IMG/VR virus record: IMGVR_UViG_3300046796_000243
Span: 4,373 to 68,372 of that record
Reading direction: 5' to 3' (one strand)
DNA: 64,000 bases
Source: a virus
Shown here: in pieces, positions 55,409-64,000 of the stretch
Layout of the letters: every line of letters begins with the position of its first letter
Position numbering within the stretch: the first letter of the stretch is position 1
Position numbers and translations under genes: made by a program
Notes under the pieces: model-generated
Seen by the model: only the letters and a program-made list of their open reading frames with translations
Told to the model about the DNA's origin: nothing
The model's database searches: none

Positions 55409-56118
55409 TTGCCATAATACTCGCAGGAGCGGACAGGACACCAATTCCGACAGAACCGGTTGGGTTGCGGCGGAAAATTGTTACTGGCCGTAGCACTTTC
55501 CAGTCGCGCCACCCGCGGCAGGATGTTGGTCCACTGCGCCGCGCACTCGTTACGGTACAGCACCTGGGTGGTCTGACAATCCTCCTGCAGCCAGATGAAG
55601 TCCGAACGCACGCACTCCAGCTTGGGGAATTGCAGGAAGGCCATCAGCGACGTCAGCATCAGCTGGACCGGATCGCCGTTGAGCGACTTGCCGGTCTTCC
55701 AATCCACCACCAGGGCGACGTTGTCATCCAGCTTGACCGCGTCCGCGACCGTGCGCAGCCAGACATCCTTGGCGAACCAGGCACACGGCTTCATCTCGCG
55801 CGTCACCGCCCACTGGCACTCGTCCTCCACCAGCAGCTCGCCGGGAGTACGCGCAACCTTGTCGATCCATTGCTGGAATTGCTTGTACTTGGTCGGCAGC
55901 GGCTGGTTGTGACGCAGGGCGACGGCCATGTGGCTGTGAACGTCGTCGCCGAATTTAAGAATCGCCGACGGCTCTTCCGGCCATTTTGGTTTGCCGTGCT
56001 CGTCCTTGAGAACCTGCGTTTCGTGGTACCGGCGCGGGCAATCCTCGAATGCTTTCAGACGGCTGAACGACCAAGAGAAGCTCTTGGGCACCGATTCCAA
56101 CATCTTTTCATCTTTCAA
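55405..56118 (-). CDS. PD-(D/E)XK (RecB/Cas4-like) exonuclease
   Basis: SFSRL..FEDCPR, VDWKTGK, terminal C..WCP...C. Confidence 0.88.
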   Translation of the reverse strand: MKDEKMLESVPKSFSWSFSRLKAFEDCPRRYHETQVLKDEHGKPKWPEEPSAILKFGDDVHSHMAVALRHNQPLPTKYKQFQQWIDKVARTPGELLVEDECQWAVTREMKPCAWFAKDVWLRTVADAVKLDDNVALVVDWKTGKSLNGDPVQLMLTSLMAFLQFPKLECVRSDFIWLQEDCQTTQVLYRNECAAQWTNILPRVARLESATASNNFPPQPNRFCRNWCPVRSCEYYGK

Positions 56119-56540
56119 TCTTTTGTAAGAACCAAAGTATCCGCCTGCTCCGGGTTGAAGTCAAACTTGGCCTTGGGGTCGAGCAACAGGGTGGTGTCCA
56201 GCTCATAGACATGAACTCCGATCGCCAGCGCCACGGCACGTTCGGCCATGGCTCCCGGCGACCGCTCCCAGCCGGGCAGCAGGCACACCACCTGGGCATG
56301 GTCCATGATCCAGTTGATCTCGTCCTTGAGGCCGTGCTTGCGCGCCAGCTTGCGGATCTCCTTGGAGAATCCCTTGATCTTCTCAACGGAGCCGTGGTGC
56401 CGCCGAAGGTGTTCGGCCGGGCTGAACACCTCGCAGCCAAGACTGCGCAGCATTTGGGTGACATGATCGAACAGCGGCAGATTCCAATTGCCGCCGGCAC
56501 TTTCCATCGGACCGGCAACATAAACACGTAGACCTTGCAT
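56115..56540 (-). CDS. DUF4406 / nucleoside deoxyribosyltransferase-like protein
   Basis: YVAGPM...SPAE...LPGWERSPGAMAE. Confidence 0.8.
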   Translation of the reverse strand: MQGLRVYVAGPMESAGGNWNLPLFDHVTQMLRSLGCEVFSPAEHLRRHHGSVEKIKGFSKEIRKLARKHGLKDEINWIMDHAQVVCLLPGWERSPGAMAERAVALAIGVHVYELDTTLLLDPKAKFDFNPEQADTLVLTKD

Positions 56541-58390
56541 TACTTACACTCCCCATAATTAGCGCCTTGCCCCAGCTCCACAGCCAGCGGCAGCCCCGGC
56601 AGCCAGTCCGGCTCCCGAATCATCTCAAGCTCGATCAACGCTCTTGCCTCTGCTACATCGTCATCCGGTACGATGAATACCAGCTCATCGTGTGCCTGCA
56701 TCACGAACCGTAGCTTCTGGTCGGCCAGCCGCACCGCGGCCGACATCACCACGATACGCGCTAAGGCCTGAACGATGTTCTCCAGCAGCTTGGCACCGTA
56801 CAGCTTGGTGGTGTCTTCATAACGCAGGTACATGTTGTTCGGCAGCCTGATGCGGCCAGACGAGAACGTCACCGGCCCCCAGCTGGATTTCTGGGTCTTC
56901 AGCTTGTTGTTGATGTAGCCGCTCAGATAGTGATCCAGCCGCCGCCAGGACTTCGGGATGTTGGAGAACAGCTGCCGGTAGGTGTCGACGATCTCCTGCG
57001 CGATCTCGTCGTCGAAGATGCCATCGAGCGGGATGCCGTACTGCCGCGCCTGGGTGCGGACCATGACGATGAACCGCTCGACGCCGCAGCCATAGCCCAG
57101 GCCAAGGATGGCCGTCTTTCCCAGAAATCGCTCATTAGGGTGAGACTTCTTGGTAATCAGGCGCTGAAACACCTTGGAGGCGAACCAGGCATAGACGTCC
57201 TCGTTGCGGCGAAACCGCTCGACCAGATCACCCTGGTCGCACAGTGCGGCGACGATGCGGGCCTCGATCTGGGCGAGATCGGCCGTGATCATGGTGTGGC
57301 CAGGCGGGGCCATCAGCGCCTGGCGCAGCTTGCTGCGGGTCTTGTCGCGCGGCAGGTTCTGCATGTTCATCGACCACTCGCCACTTAGACGATGCGTGTG
57401 GGCACCGCCGTAGCGCAGCGGTACGGGCAACTGGGGCGTGCCGGCGGGCCAGGGCAGCTTGGCGATGTTGATGAACCGCTCTGTCCTTGTTTCTTCAAGC
57501 GTACTCTTCTGCGACAGCCGCGCCGCCGCCAGGGTCTGGACCTGATAGTTGATGTCGTCGGCCGACGTGCCGTCTTCGCTGTAGGAGTCGTACTCCAGCA
57601 GCTCGGCCATGAACGGGTCCGTTTTTGAAAATTGTGGAATGGTCTTGCCGGTCGGCGACAGCTTGGTCTTGACCTCGACCCCCAGAGCTTCGAGTGCCTT
57701 CTGGAACATGTTGGTCGACATCAACGCCGCCTTGTCGTACCCACACTCGCGCAGCATCCACTCCTTACGCTTGCGCAGGTCAGCCAGATGCGCCTCCAGC
57801 AGCGGCACGTTGGCCTGCACCACCGGATCGACCGCGGCCCGCAGCACCAGGTCCATGACCTTCCTTTCTTCTAACGGGAATTCCTTCTGCAGCGCCATGT
57901 AGATGCGAAAGCACAGCATGACGTCACCCATCGCGTAGGTACACATGCCCGGCCACAGCCCGGCGCGCTTGATGTCGGCCGCGGTCATACCCTTGACCCT
58001 GGCCAGCATGCCGCCCTTGGTGTCGGCACCGAACAGCTCCTTGGCTACGCTTCCCAACGAGTTGCGCTTGAACGAACGCAGCGCCCGCACCATGCCCAGC
58101 GTATCGACAATACGCGCCGGCACCCAGCCGTAGCGCCAGGACAGGATCGATGCGTCGAACAGCGCGTTGTGCGAGCAGCACGCGGTTTCCTCCGACGGAT
58201 ACTTGGCCAGGAATGCCGGCAGCTTGTCGGCGTTGATGATCTTGGGTGCGGCCCAGTGCGGGTCATAGGCCGCCATCATGATCGTCTCGTACTGGTCGCC
58301 CAGGATGTACTCGGGTGGCGACAGGCGCGAGAGCGAATACTCGGCCGAATAGAACGTCTCGAAGTCAACGAACAGGAAGTTCTTGATCAT
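56540..58390 (-). CDS. polA: DNA polymerase family A with 3'-5' exonuclease
   Basis: DFET, HNALFD, DLAQIEAR (motif A), R...KTAILGLGYG (motif B), HDE (motif C). Confidence 0.95.
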   Translation of the reverse strand: MIKNFLFVDFETFYSAEYSLSRLSPPEYILGDQYETIMMAAYDPHWAAPKIINADKLPAFLAKYPSEETACCSHNALFDASILSWRYGWVPARIVDTLGMVRALRSFKRNSLGSVAKELFGADTKGGMLARVKGMTAADIKRAGLWPGMCTYAMGDVMLCFRIYMALQKEFPLEERKVMDLVLRAAVDPVVQANVPLLEAHLADLRKRKEWMLRECGYDKAALMSTNMFQKALEALGVEVKTKLSPTGKTIPQFSKTDPFMAELLEYDSYSEDGTSADDINYQVQTLAAARLSQKSTLEETRTERFINIAKLPWPAGTPQLPVPLRYGGAHTHRLSGEWSMNMQNLPRDKTRSKLRQALMAPPGHTMITADLAQIEARIVAALCDQGDLVERFRRNEDVYAWFASKVFQRLITKKSHPNERFLGKTAILGLGYGCGVERFIVMVRTQARQYGIPLDGIFDDEIAQEIVDTYRQLFSNIPKSWRRLDHYLSGYINNKLKTQKSSWGPVTFSSGRIRLPNNMYLRYEDTTKLYGAKLLENIVQALARIVVMSAAVRLADQKLRFVMQAHDELVFIVPDDDVAEARALIELEMIREPDWLPGLPLAVELGQGANYGECK

Positions 58391-59052
58391 TTCTTCGCCA
58401 CCACCGCCTTGAGTAGTTCGATCATCTGGATGCTCTTGACCAGCAGCTCATGCGAGCGATCGTAAGCGGCCTGCATCTCGGCCAGTATCATCTGGGCTTC
58501 GCCCTTGAACTTGTAGGTGTTCTCGTTCAGCTCAGGGCCGAACGTCTCGTCCCGGATCGTGGACACCCAGACTCGCGGCACGCCCATGTCTTCGGCCACC
58601 TTGTCGTCGGTCCAGTCGCCGGCATAGCCGACGGTTTCGTTGAGATAGATCTCCTGCATCTTGGCGATGATGATCCGCCTTTCGTCACGGGTCATGGCAC
58701 GCTCGCCTCGCGGCAGCTCGACGGTCTGGGATGCGAGGGCGGTGGACGTCATCGGTACGACTTTGTTGCTCATGGCTTCTTCTCCCTTGTGCTTGGCGGC
58801 ACTCTTGATGGCGATGAAACACTTTGGACATCGGTGCTGGCTGGCGGTCTTGCCGATCTTCCAGCCACGCTGCTCGAACTTGGCGATGGCCATCCGCTCA
58901 GACTGTTCGCTATCCTCGCCGTAACTTCTGGACGTGTTGATCGGGACCGCCAGCTCGGCCGGACAGTAGCCGCACCTGACGCGAACGCCTCGGTGTGGCT
59001 TGTGATCGTCGCCTACCTGTACCTGACACGCTTCGAACGCTGCATAGGGCAT
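58387..59052 (-). CDS. hypothetical Zn-ribbon/HTH protein
   Basis: CGYC...HRCPKC; TDDKVAEDMGVP..WV. Confidence 0.7.
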   Translation of the reverse strand: MPYAAFEACQVQVGDDHKPHRGVRVRCGYCPAELAVPINTSRSYGEDSEQSERMAIAKFEQRGWKIGKTASQHRCPKCFIAIKSAAKHKGEEAMSNKVVPMTSTALASQTVELPRGERAMTRDERRIIIAKMQEIYLNETVGYAGDWTDDKVAEDMGVPRVWVSTIRDETFGPELNENTYKFKGEAQMILAEMQAAYDRSHELLVKSIQMIELLKAVVAKK

Positions 59053-59055
59053 GGG

Positions 59056-59277
59056 TCATCTCCGGGGTCGCCACACATTGAATCCGTCCTTCTTCAACAA
59101 TCCGGCTTCGCGCATGGCATTTAAATGGTACCAACTTTGATCCCAACGGCCGACGATGCGCGCCCTGGCGTTGGTGATCGAGCCTTTCTTGCGTGCTTCA
59201 TTCAACACGCGCTCCCTGGCGCGTGCGGTCTTCTCGCGATCGATCTTCTTGAAGCTGATCTTCTTGCGCTTCTTCAC
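59056..59277 (-). CDS. small basic protein
   Basis: AAGGAG RBS, K/R-rich. Confidence 0.6.
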   Translation of the reverse strand: MKKRKKISFKKIDREKTARARERVLNEARKKGSITNARARIVGRWDQSWYHLNAMREAGLLKKDGFNVWRPRR

Positions 59278-59558
59278 CGTTTACTCCTTACTATGCGGTA
59301 GCTGCCTGGCCGATTGCCGTCGCGTTCACACCGAATCCGCGTGTGGGTTGCTTCCAGCATGGCGTTGATCTGGTTGACATGCTGGCGAATGTTGTCGGGT
59401 TTGTTGCTGACGTGATAAGCGATCCCTTCCGCGGTGACACCCTGGTGTGCGTGGATGAAGTCGAATATCTGCGCCTTGAGGGCGGGCAGGTAAACGCCCT
59501 CGCGCGATTGCGGCGGCAATGGCTGACCACATCGGGGGCACATGCACTTTTCACTCAA
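59274..59558 (-). CDS. Zn-ribbon plus winged-helix regulator-like protein
   Basis: CPRCGQ; IRQHVNQINAML...GSYRI. Confidence 0.6.
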   Translation of the reverse strand: MSEKCMCPRCGQPLPPQSREGVYLPALKAQIFDFIHAHQGVTAEGIAYHVSNKPDNIRQHVNQINAMLEATHTRIRCERDGNRPGSYRIVRSKR

Positions 59559-59794
59559 CTATCCAGCTTCCCATGCGACTGCAGCTCTTCGGCCAGGTCG
59601 TCCTGCACGCGCCGTGTCTCGTCGATGATGCGCTGCCGGAAGCGGGCCATCTCCTGCCGATCGTCCGGGGTCAGCTTGTACCCTTCGGCGACCTTGGCCT
59701 GCATGGCGTCGACCGCGGCCTTCATCCTCAGCTTGATGTTGTCCATCTTCTCTTTGGCGTCGATCAGCGCGACGTGTGGGTCTTTGGTCGGCAT
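59555..59794 (-). CDS. hypothetical coiled-coil protein
   Basis: Coupled ORF. Confidence 0.65.
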   Translation of the reverse strand: MPTKDPHVALIDAKEKMDNIKLRMKAAVDAMQAKVAEGYKLTPDDRQEMARFRQRIIDETRRVQDDLAEELQSHGKLDS

Positions 59795-60114
59795 TACTTG
59801 TGCCCTCCGTTGAACTTGCGATGCGCCTCCAGCAGCTCGCCGCCGAAGGTCTTGAGCCGGCCGTTGAAGTTGTTCAACGCTTCGGTCTGGATCTGCACCT
59901 GGCTGCGGATGCTGTCGGCGAAGGCCTTGGTCTGCTCCAGCAGATTGATGGCCTCGGCGACCTGGGCCTCGGCCATCAACACCAGGTTCTCGGCGATCTT
60001 GACGCCCAGCTTCTCGAAGTCATAGACGGGATCGGGGTGCGGGCCGGCAACAAAGGTCGGGCCGGTGGGGCCGCCGCCGTGCCGGGGTTCGTTCTGCTCT
60101 GTGGTGTCGTTCAT
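59794..60114 (-). CDS. hypothetical coiled-coil protein
   Basis: Coupled ORF. Confidence 0.65.
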   Translation of the reverse strand: MNDTTEQNEPRHGGGPTGPTFVAGPHPDPVYDFEKLGVKIAENLVLMAEAQVAEAINLLEQTKAFADSIRSQVQIQTEALNNFNGRLKTFGGELLEAHRKFNGGHK

Positions 60115-60392
60115 TGTATTGCCTCTCTCTGCTTCTGCCTGATGATGTCTTTCATGTGCTGGTACGACTCCAGGCAGATGGACAGGAAGCTGTCTTCCTC
60201 TATCTGCATGGCGTAGGCCGCCACGGTCGTCTCGAATAGCATGGCCGACATCACAATCGACGCGACCTCCCGGTTGTCGAGATCGGCGCGCGTGCAGGTG
60301 TCGACGTGATCACTGATCAGCCGGTGCAGCTGCTTGCCCAGGTGTGAGTGCATGTCCTCCATCAGCCTGACCTTTACCTGCGGCATCGCCAT
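60111..60392 (-). CDS. hypothetical protein
   Basis: GGAGG RBS. Confidence 0.65.
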   Translation of the reverse strand: MAMPQVKVRLMEDMHSHLGKQLHRLISDHVDTCTRADLDNREVASIVMSAMLFETTVAAYAMQIEEDSFLSICLESYQHMKDIIRQKQREAIQ

Positions 60393-60769
60393 GATCGTCC
60401 TCCGTGGGTGTATCGCTTGCCCTTGCCGCGGCAGATGTCCCTGTGGCCCGCCGGGACGGCTTTCGTGATGCCAGACGTTGTCCGATGACTGCGGGTCCGG
60501 CGCAGCCGTGAGGCATCAACCACAGGTTCTTCGGCCGGCACGTCGGGCATGACGCGCTCGACCACCACCGGTTTGGGATCGGTGGATATGATTCGCAGCG
60601 GATCGGTCTTCTTAGCTAGCGGAAAGGTCTGCATCACGTCGTTCCACGATTCATCGAACTGCGCCTCGCGAACACTGATCGGCTCCGGCACCGGGATGCG
60701 CTGGAACGCGAACACGAACAACAATGCGAACAGCGCCGACATGCCGAAGATGATCCTTGTGACCGTCAC
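60374..60769 (-). CDS. N-terminal TM protein with C-terminal Cys motif
   Basis: Hydrophobic N-term; DIC...GGRSWRC. Confidence 0.65.
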   Translation of the reverse strand: MTVTRIIFGMSALFALLFVFAFQRIPVPEPISVREAQFDESWNDVMQTFPLAKKTDPLRIISTDPKPVVVERVMPDVPAEEPVVDASRLRRTRSHRTTSGITKAVPAGHRDICRGKGKRYTHGGRSWRCRR

Positions 60770-61341
60770 TCCAGCATGGCCTTCAAAGTGTCTACATCCG
60801 CCTTCAATCGAGTGATCTCCGCGCTCAGTTCGGCATTGAGCTTGATCGAGCGACCCAGCTGGGTCGCCAGCGAGGCATCGACGCGGGTCATTTTCTCATC
60901 CGTAGGTGCCTGGGCAACACCGCGCTGCACGGTATCGAGCGCCGCCGATAGCGCATTGCGCACTTCCGGATCGATGCCTGTGTTCTGCCCCCACTGGGCG
61001 CATTGCAAGACGGCTCGCGCCACCGCGATCAACAGCTGCTTTTCCTCAGTCATCGGGTGTGCCCAATGCTTTCCGGTTTCGATTGGTGTTGTTTGAACGG
61101 CGGGCGGGGAGGGTAGCGGCATCCAATGCGTCGGCTCAATGGGGCAGCGCGGGTCTTGGACTTGATCCATGTAGCATACCCATTCGCTGCCCCACCACAT
61201 GGCGACGTAAGTATTATGCCCGTTGCATTCCTCGGCCCGTCCGCTTTCGGTGCCGGGCCAGATATCGCGCATCACCAAGACAGCCCTGCCGTCTCGCGGC
61301 ACGGTTTCAATCGGTTGCCATTCGAACTTGCGCTTACCCAT
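60766..61341 (-). CDS. DUF551-like protein
   Basis: WQPIETVPRDG...PTHWMPLP. Confidence 0.75.
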   Translation of the reverse strand: MGKRKFEWQPIETVPRDGRAVLVMRDIWPGTESGRAEECNGHNTYVAMWWGSEWVCYMDQVQDPRCPIEPTHWMPLPSPPAVQTTPIETGKHWAHPMTEEKQLLIAVARAVLQCAQWGQNTGIDPEVRNALSAALDTVQRGVAQAPTDEKMTRVDASLATQLGRSIKLNAELSAEITRLKADVDTLKAMLE

Positions 61342-62030
61342 CAGAAATCTCCTCCCATAGGGCAACCACCGCGGAATGCTGGGCATGTGTCGCCGTTTGA
61401 ATAGGGCAGATTGCAGCTAGGACACAGCTCCGCCTGTGAACTGGGATTGCTCGCCTGCTTGCGTTCTGTGTCTGCGCGGTCTGCAAGAAAGCGGGCGCGG
61501 GCATCATCGTCACTGTTCGGCATTTCTCGCCCGACGAACACCCCATCCTTGAACCCGCGCTCATAGGCGGCAACACCGTCCGCACCACTTGATGTGGTCG
61601 CGGACTGGTATTTGGCTTGATGATCCATTTCATCCAACACTTCGCCATAAGGTCTGGTTGGTGTTTGGGCAGCACCTTGCAGGGCACGCTTGGCAATGTC
61701 GGATATGATCGGAAGCCAGTCAGATTTCTTGTCGCCTTCATCGCATCGGATGATGATCGCCCGCAGCGCCGCTTCCAGTGGTGAATGGGCAGTACCAGCC
61801 CCGACGAAACCCGACGTTACCGATGGGTCACTCTCTCCCGAAGGTAGAGAGGCATGCGTCGTCGGGGCTGATGACGGAAAATCGAGCGACGTACACAGCT
61901 TGCGGTCGCGGTGGCCGTTGAACGTCTCGATGAATTTCTTGGTATCGATGTAGACCGCTACCAACTGATTATCGGTCGAGACCGCCGCGATGATGGCGTC
62001 GGTGATGGCTTGGTCAGTGTAGGCGGTCAT
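61341..62030 (-). CDS. hypothetical mosaic protein
   Basis: Coupled ORF; C-terminal C..C..C..GGCP. Confidence 0.6.
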   Translation of the reverse strand: MTAYTDQAITDAIIAAVSTDNQLVAVYIDTKKFIETFNGHRDRKLCTSLDFPSSAPTTHASLPSGESDPSVTSGFVGAGTAHSPLEAALRAIIIRCDEGDKKSDWLPIISDIAKRALQGAAQTPTRPYGEVLDEMDHQAKYQSATTSSGADGVAAYERGFKDGVFVGREMPNSDDDARARFLADRADTERKQASNPSSQAELCPSCNLPYSNGDTCPAFRGGCPMGGDF

Positions 62031-62164
62031 TTCTTTTTCCCCGTTACGAGCCTGGCTACGACCGGCTGGCAGGTTTCGCAGAAAATATGCCAGAACGCAC
62101 CCGTGAACAGCTTCAGGCAGCGTTCACAGGTGCGTTCCACGGAATCGGGTGAGGGACGGTTCAT
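62027..62164 (-). CDS. small Zn-finger protein
   Basis: CERC...CETC; ATGA overlaps. Confidence 0.55.
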   Translation of the reverse strand: MNRPSPDSVERTCERCLKLFTGAFWHIFCETCQPVVARLVTGKKK

Positions 62165-62388
62165 GATTCCTTCAACCGGTTCTTGGGTTCCTGGGCGTTG
62201 CTGGCCATCTGCAACAGGACGCAGAGCGCGTTGACGCCCAGCTGGGTGGCGCGGCCGTATTCGTGATCGCCGTGCTTGATCTTCTCGATCAGGCCCAGCT
62301 TCTCGCACTGTTTGAGGCAGGCGTTATAGGAACGGTCAGGCGTCAGGCCATCGAGATCGAGAATTATCTTGTCGGTCATATCGGTCAT
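62161..62388 (-). CDS. hypothetical protein
   Basis: ORF in early operon. Confidence 0.6.
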   Translation of the reverse strand: MTDMTDKIILDLDGLTPDRSYNACLKQCEKLGLIEKIKHGDHEYGRATQLGVNALCVLLQMASNAQEPKNRLKES

Positions 62389-62444
62389 GGCACGGCCTTT
62401 CAGAGAATCGCATGATAGACACAGATGTAAATTTAGTTCTAGTC

Positions 62445-62753
62445 CTAATCCATGCGGGCCGCTTCGAAGGTTCCATCCTTCTGGAATATGGCAACATATC
62501 CATACTGATAGATGCGAATCGTCTCGTCGCGGAACGGGATCTCGGCCAGGGGAACCATGATGGGATCGCCGGGGTATTTCAGCCGCCCCCAGCCTTTGCT
62601 CTCGAACTTGCCCTGGGGCCGCCAGCCGCCGCCGTGCTGGTAGTGCTCATCGAGTTGGTCGCGTGCGGGGCGCATATCGTCCAGGTTCAGCATCAGGGGG
62701 ATGATCCCGACATGGTCAGGGGTGCCGCCGTTCATAAGGATGACGTCTATCAT
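62445..62753 (-). CDS. conserved hypothetical phage protein
   Basis: Y.HGGGW.P...LKYPGDP...FEAARMD. Confidence 0.7.
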   Translation of the reverse strand: MIDVILMNGGTPDHVGIIPLMLNLDDMRPARDQLDEHYQHGGGWRPQGKFESKGWGRLKYPGDPIMVPLAEIPFRDETIRIYQYGYVAIFQKDGTFEAARMD

Positions 62754-62766
62754 TGCTTTGGCTCCA

Positions 62767-63030
62767 TTATGCTTGGGTCTGGTTTGTTTTCATTTGTTTG
62801 CGCCACTTCTCGCCAACCTCGTCGATGTACCGCACCGACAACTTGCGACGGTGCATCATGCTGAGAATCAACGCGACGTGAAACGGCGCGCCGTTCCTGG
62901 CCCAGCGCCGGCCAGAGCGGTTCGCCGTGCCGTTGAACAGGCGCGCGGCGTCTTCCTGGGTAATGCTGAAGTGTTCGAGTGCCTTGCGGAACTCGACGGG
63001 ACTCATCGCTTGACGTGGGGGTAGTTTCAT
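62767..63030 (-). CDS. XRE-like HTH protein
   Basis: MSPVEFR.AL...TQ..AARLF...R..RRW; AGGAG RBS. Confidence 0.75.
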   Translation of the reverse strand: MKLPPRQAMSPVEFRKALEHFSITQEDAARLFNGTANRSGRRWARNGAPFHVALILSMMHRRKLSVRYIDEVGEKWRKQMKTNQTQA

Positions 63031-63052
63031 CTGGACTCCTGTTGGGGGGAAA

Positions 63053-63112
63053 CCGTGTGGTCCCGCCCCTGATCCTGTTTGCTGCGAACGCTGGGATCAG
63101 GGACGGGCACGG
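63053..63112. other. long intergenic hairpin
   Basis: CCCGCCCCTGATCC / GGATCAGGGACGGG arms plus outer CCGTG/CACGG. Confidence 0.65.
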
Positions 63113-63153
63113 GGAGGCCTAGGGTTCGCAGCCCACTTCCTCCGTGGCTCTAA

Positions 63154-63273
63154 TCAATCCAGCCATCGACGGCCGGCAAACGCATTCACGACAAGCATGG
63201 TGACCGCACATACCGCCAAGGGCAGCAGGAACAGCAGCAGGCTTGCCATCATCCAGAGGAAATCGATCAGCAT
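63154..63273 (-). CDS. small membrane protein
   Basis: 39 aa, single hydrophobic helix. Confidence 0.5.
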   Translation of the reverse strand: MLIDFLWMMASLLLFLLPLAVCAVTMLVVNAFAGRRWLD

Positions 63274-63461
63274 CCGCCGCGCTCCGCAGCATCGGCGCAG
63301 CTGTTGCAGATCGAGTATTCCGGCCGGATCTTGACGATCCGGCCGCAGCAAGAGCAGGTCTTGCGAACGCTCTCGGCCTGGACCTTGTGGTAGAACGCGA
63401 CCACGTCCGGGTCGTCGGTGTCGGTCCAGTGGCCATAATTGTCGTCGTAATAGGTCGGCAT
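63267..63461 (-). CDS. small Zn-finger protein
   Basis: YYDDNYG...CSCCG...CNSCAD; GAGGAGG RBS. Confidence 0.7.
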   Translation of the reverse strand: MPTYYDDNYGHWTDTDDPDVVAFYHKVQAESVRKTCSCCGRIVKIRPEYSICNSCADAAERGGC

Positions 63462-63662
63462 CTAATCCTCCTCGATGGGTTCGTCGGCGAAATACAGCTC
63501 CTTGATGTCGGAACGCCACTGCATCATCTGCTCCGCTTCACATTGCGGGCAGGTGTAACAAAGGAAGATGTTATAACCGTCGAATTGGGCCTCCCGTTCG
63601 AGGCCGGAACCACAAGAACACAGTTTCGGTTTGTGGCCACGCTCATTTGAAATTAACACCAT
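63462..63662 (-). CDS. small Cys-rich protein
   Basis: CSCGSG...CPQC; GGAG RBS. Confidence 0.7.
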   Translation of the reverse strand: MVLISNERGHKPKLCSCGSGLEREAQFDGYNIFLCYTCPQCEAEQMMQWRSDIKELYFADEPIEED

Positions 63663-63684
63663 TTTCTTGTCTCCATTGCTAGTT

Positions 63685-63697
63685 GGCCATTATGGCC
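63685..63697. promoter_or_regulatory. GGCCATTATGGCC motif, copy 3
   Basis: Exact 13-mer in the short gap between two early genes. Confidence 0.55.
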
Positions 63698-63948
63698 TAG
63701 AAGTCCCAGTCATCACAACCGAAATGTTGGCGGATGGCGTCCTTGACGGCCCAGCGAGGCTCGGTGTCGCACGCGCCAACCTCCCTGTATTTGCCCAGGA
63801 CCAGGTACATATGCAGCGCAGCGAGCTGCGCGCGCTCCCGCGTCGGCTCGGCCGGCGCGATCTGCTTGGCCTCCACCCAGGCGCGGTCAATCGCTGCGGT
63901 GGCTTCCTTGAACTTCGGGTGGTCCTCATAGAGTTCCCAATTGTTCAT
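63697..63948 (-). CDS. hypothetical protein
   Basis: GGAGG RBS. Confidence 0.7.
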   Translation of the reverse strand: MNNWELYEDHPKFKEATAAIDRAWVEAKQIAPAEPTRERAQLAALHMYLVLGKYREVGACDTEPRWAVKDAIRQHFGCDDWDF

Positions 63949-64000
63949 TTGTCCTCCACAAAGTTGAAATAGAATCGCGGGTGGTGGGTGAATTCCAATG

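Noticed and set aside
60050-60080. GGGPTGPT in an early protein as a fourth collagen
   Set aside because: Only two triplets, too short for a triple helix

Overview
The window holds most of the genome of a GC-rich tailed dsDNA phage with a podovirus-like layout. It has a portal, scaffold, major capsid, tail-tubular-like protein and three very large internal/ejection proteins ending in an LPD38-like protein; no tape measure or sheath gene is seen. The host is most likely an Alphaproteobacterium (inferred from CtrA-type boxes). Layout: an ~1 kb non-coding control/terminus-like region (743-1790); an HNH gene and an orphan OmpR/CtrA-like winged-helix gene; a leftward packaging operon in which a sugar epimerase and an O-methyltransferase sit between putative terS and terL, followed by an Acb2/Tad1-like gene; a rightward late region (7570-48488) with two glycosyltransferases, lysis genes, head genes, several GPT-collagen fibres and tail/ejection proteins; and a leftward early/replication region (primase-helicase, SSB-like, SNF2 helicase, VRR-NUC, exonuclease, PolA, many small genes). 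No integrase, tRNA, rRNA or CRISPR array was recognised. Two candidate systems stand out. (1) A late-gene regulon of four TTAA-N7-TTA(A/G) CtrA-type boxes with equally spaced -10-like hexamers and RBS-occluding hairpins, plus a phage-encoded receiver-less CtrA-like DNA-binding protein. (2) A putative BclA-like virion glycosylation system: Thr-rich collagen fibres with a shared N-terminal motif, a GT2-TPR enzyme, an HtrL-like GT, an epimerase and an O-methyltransferase. All protein assignments come from motif recognition by eye, not database searches.
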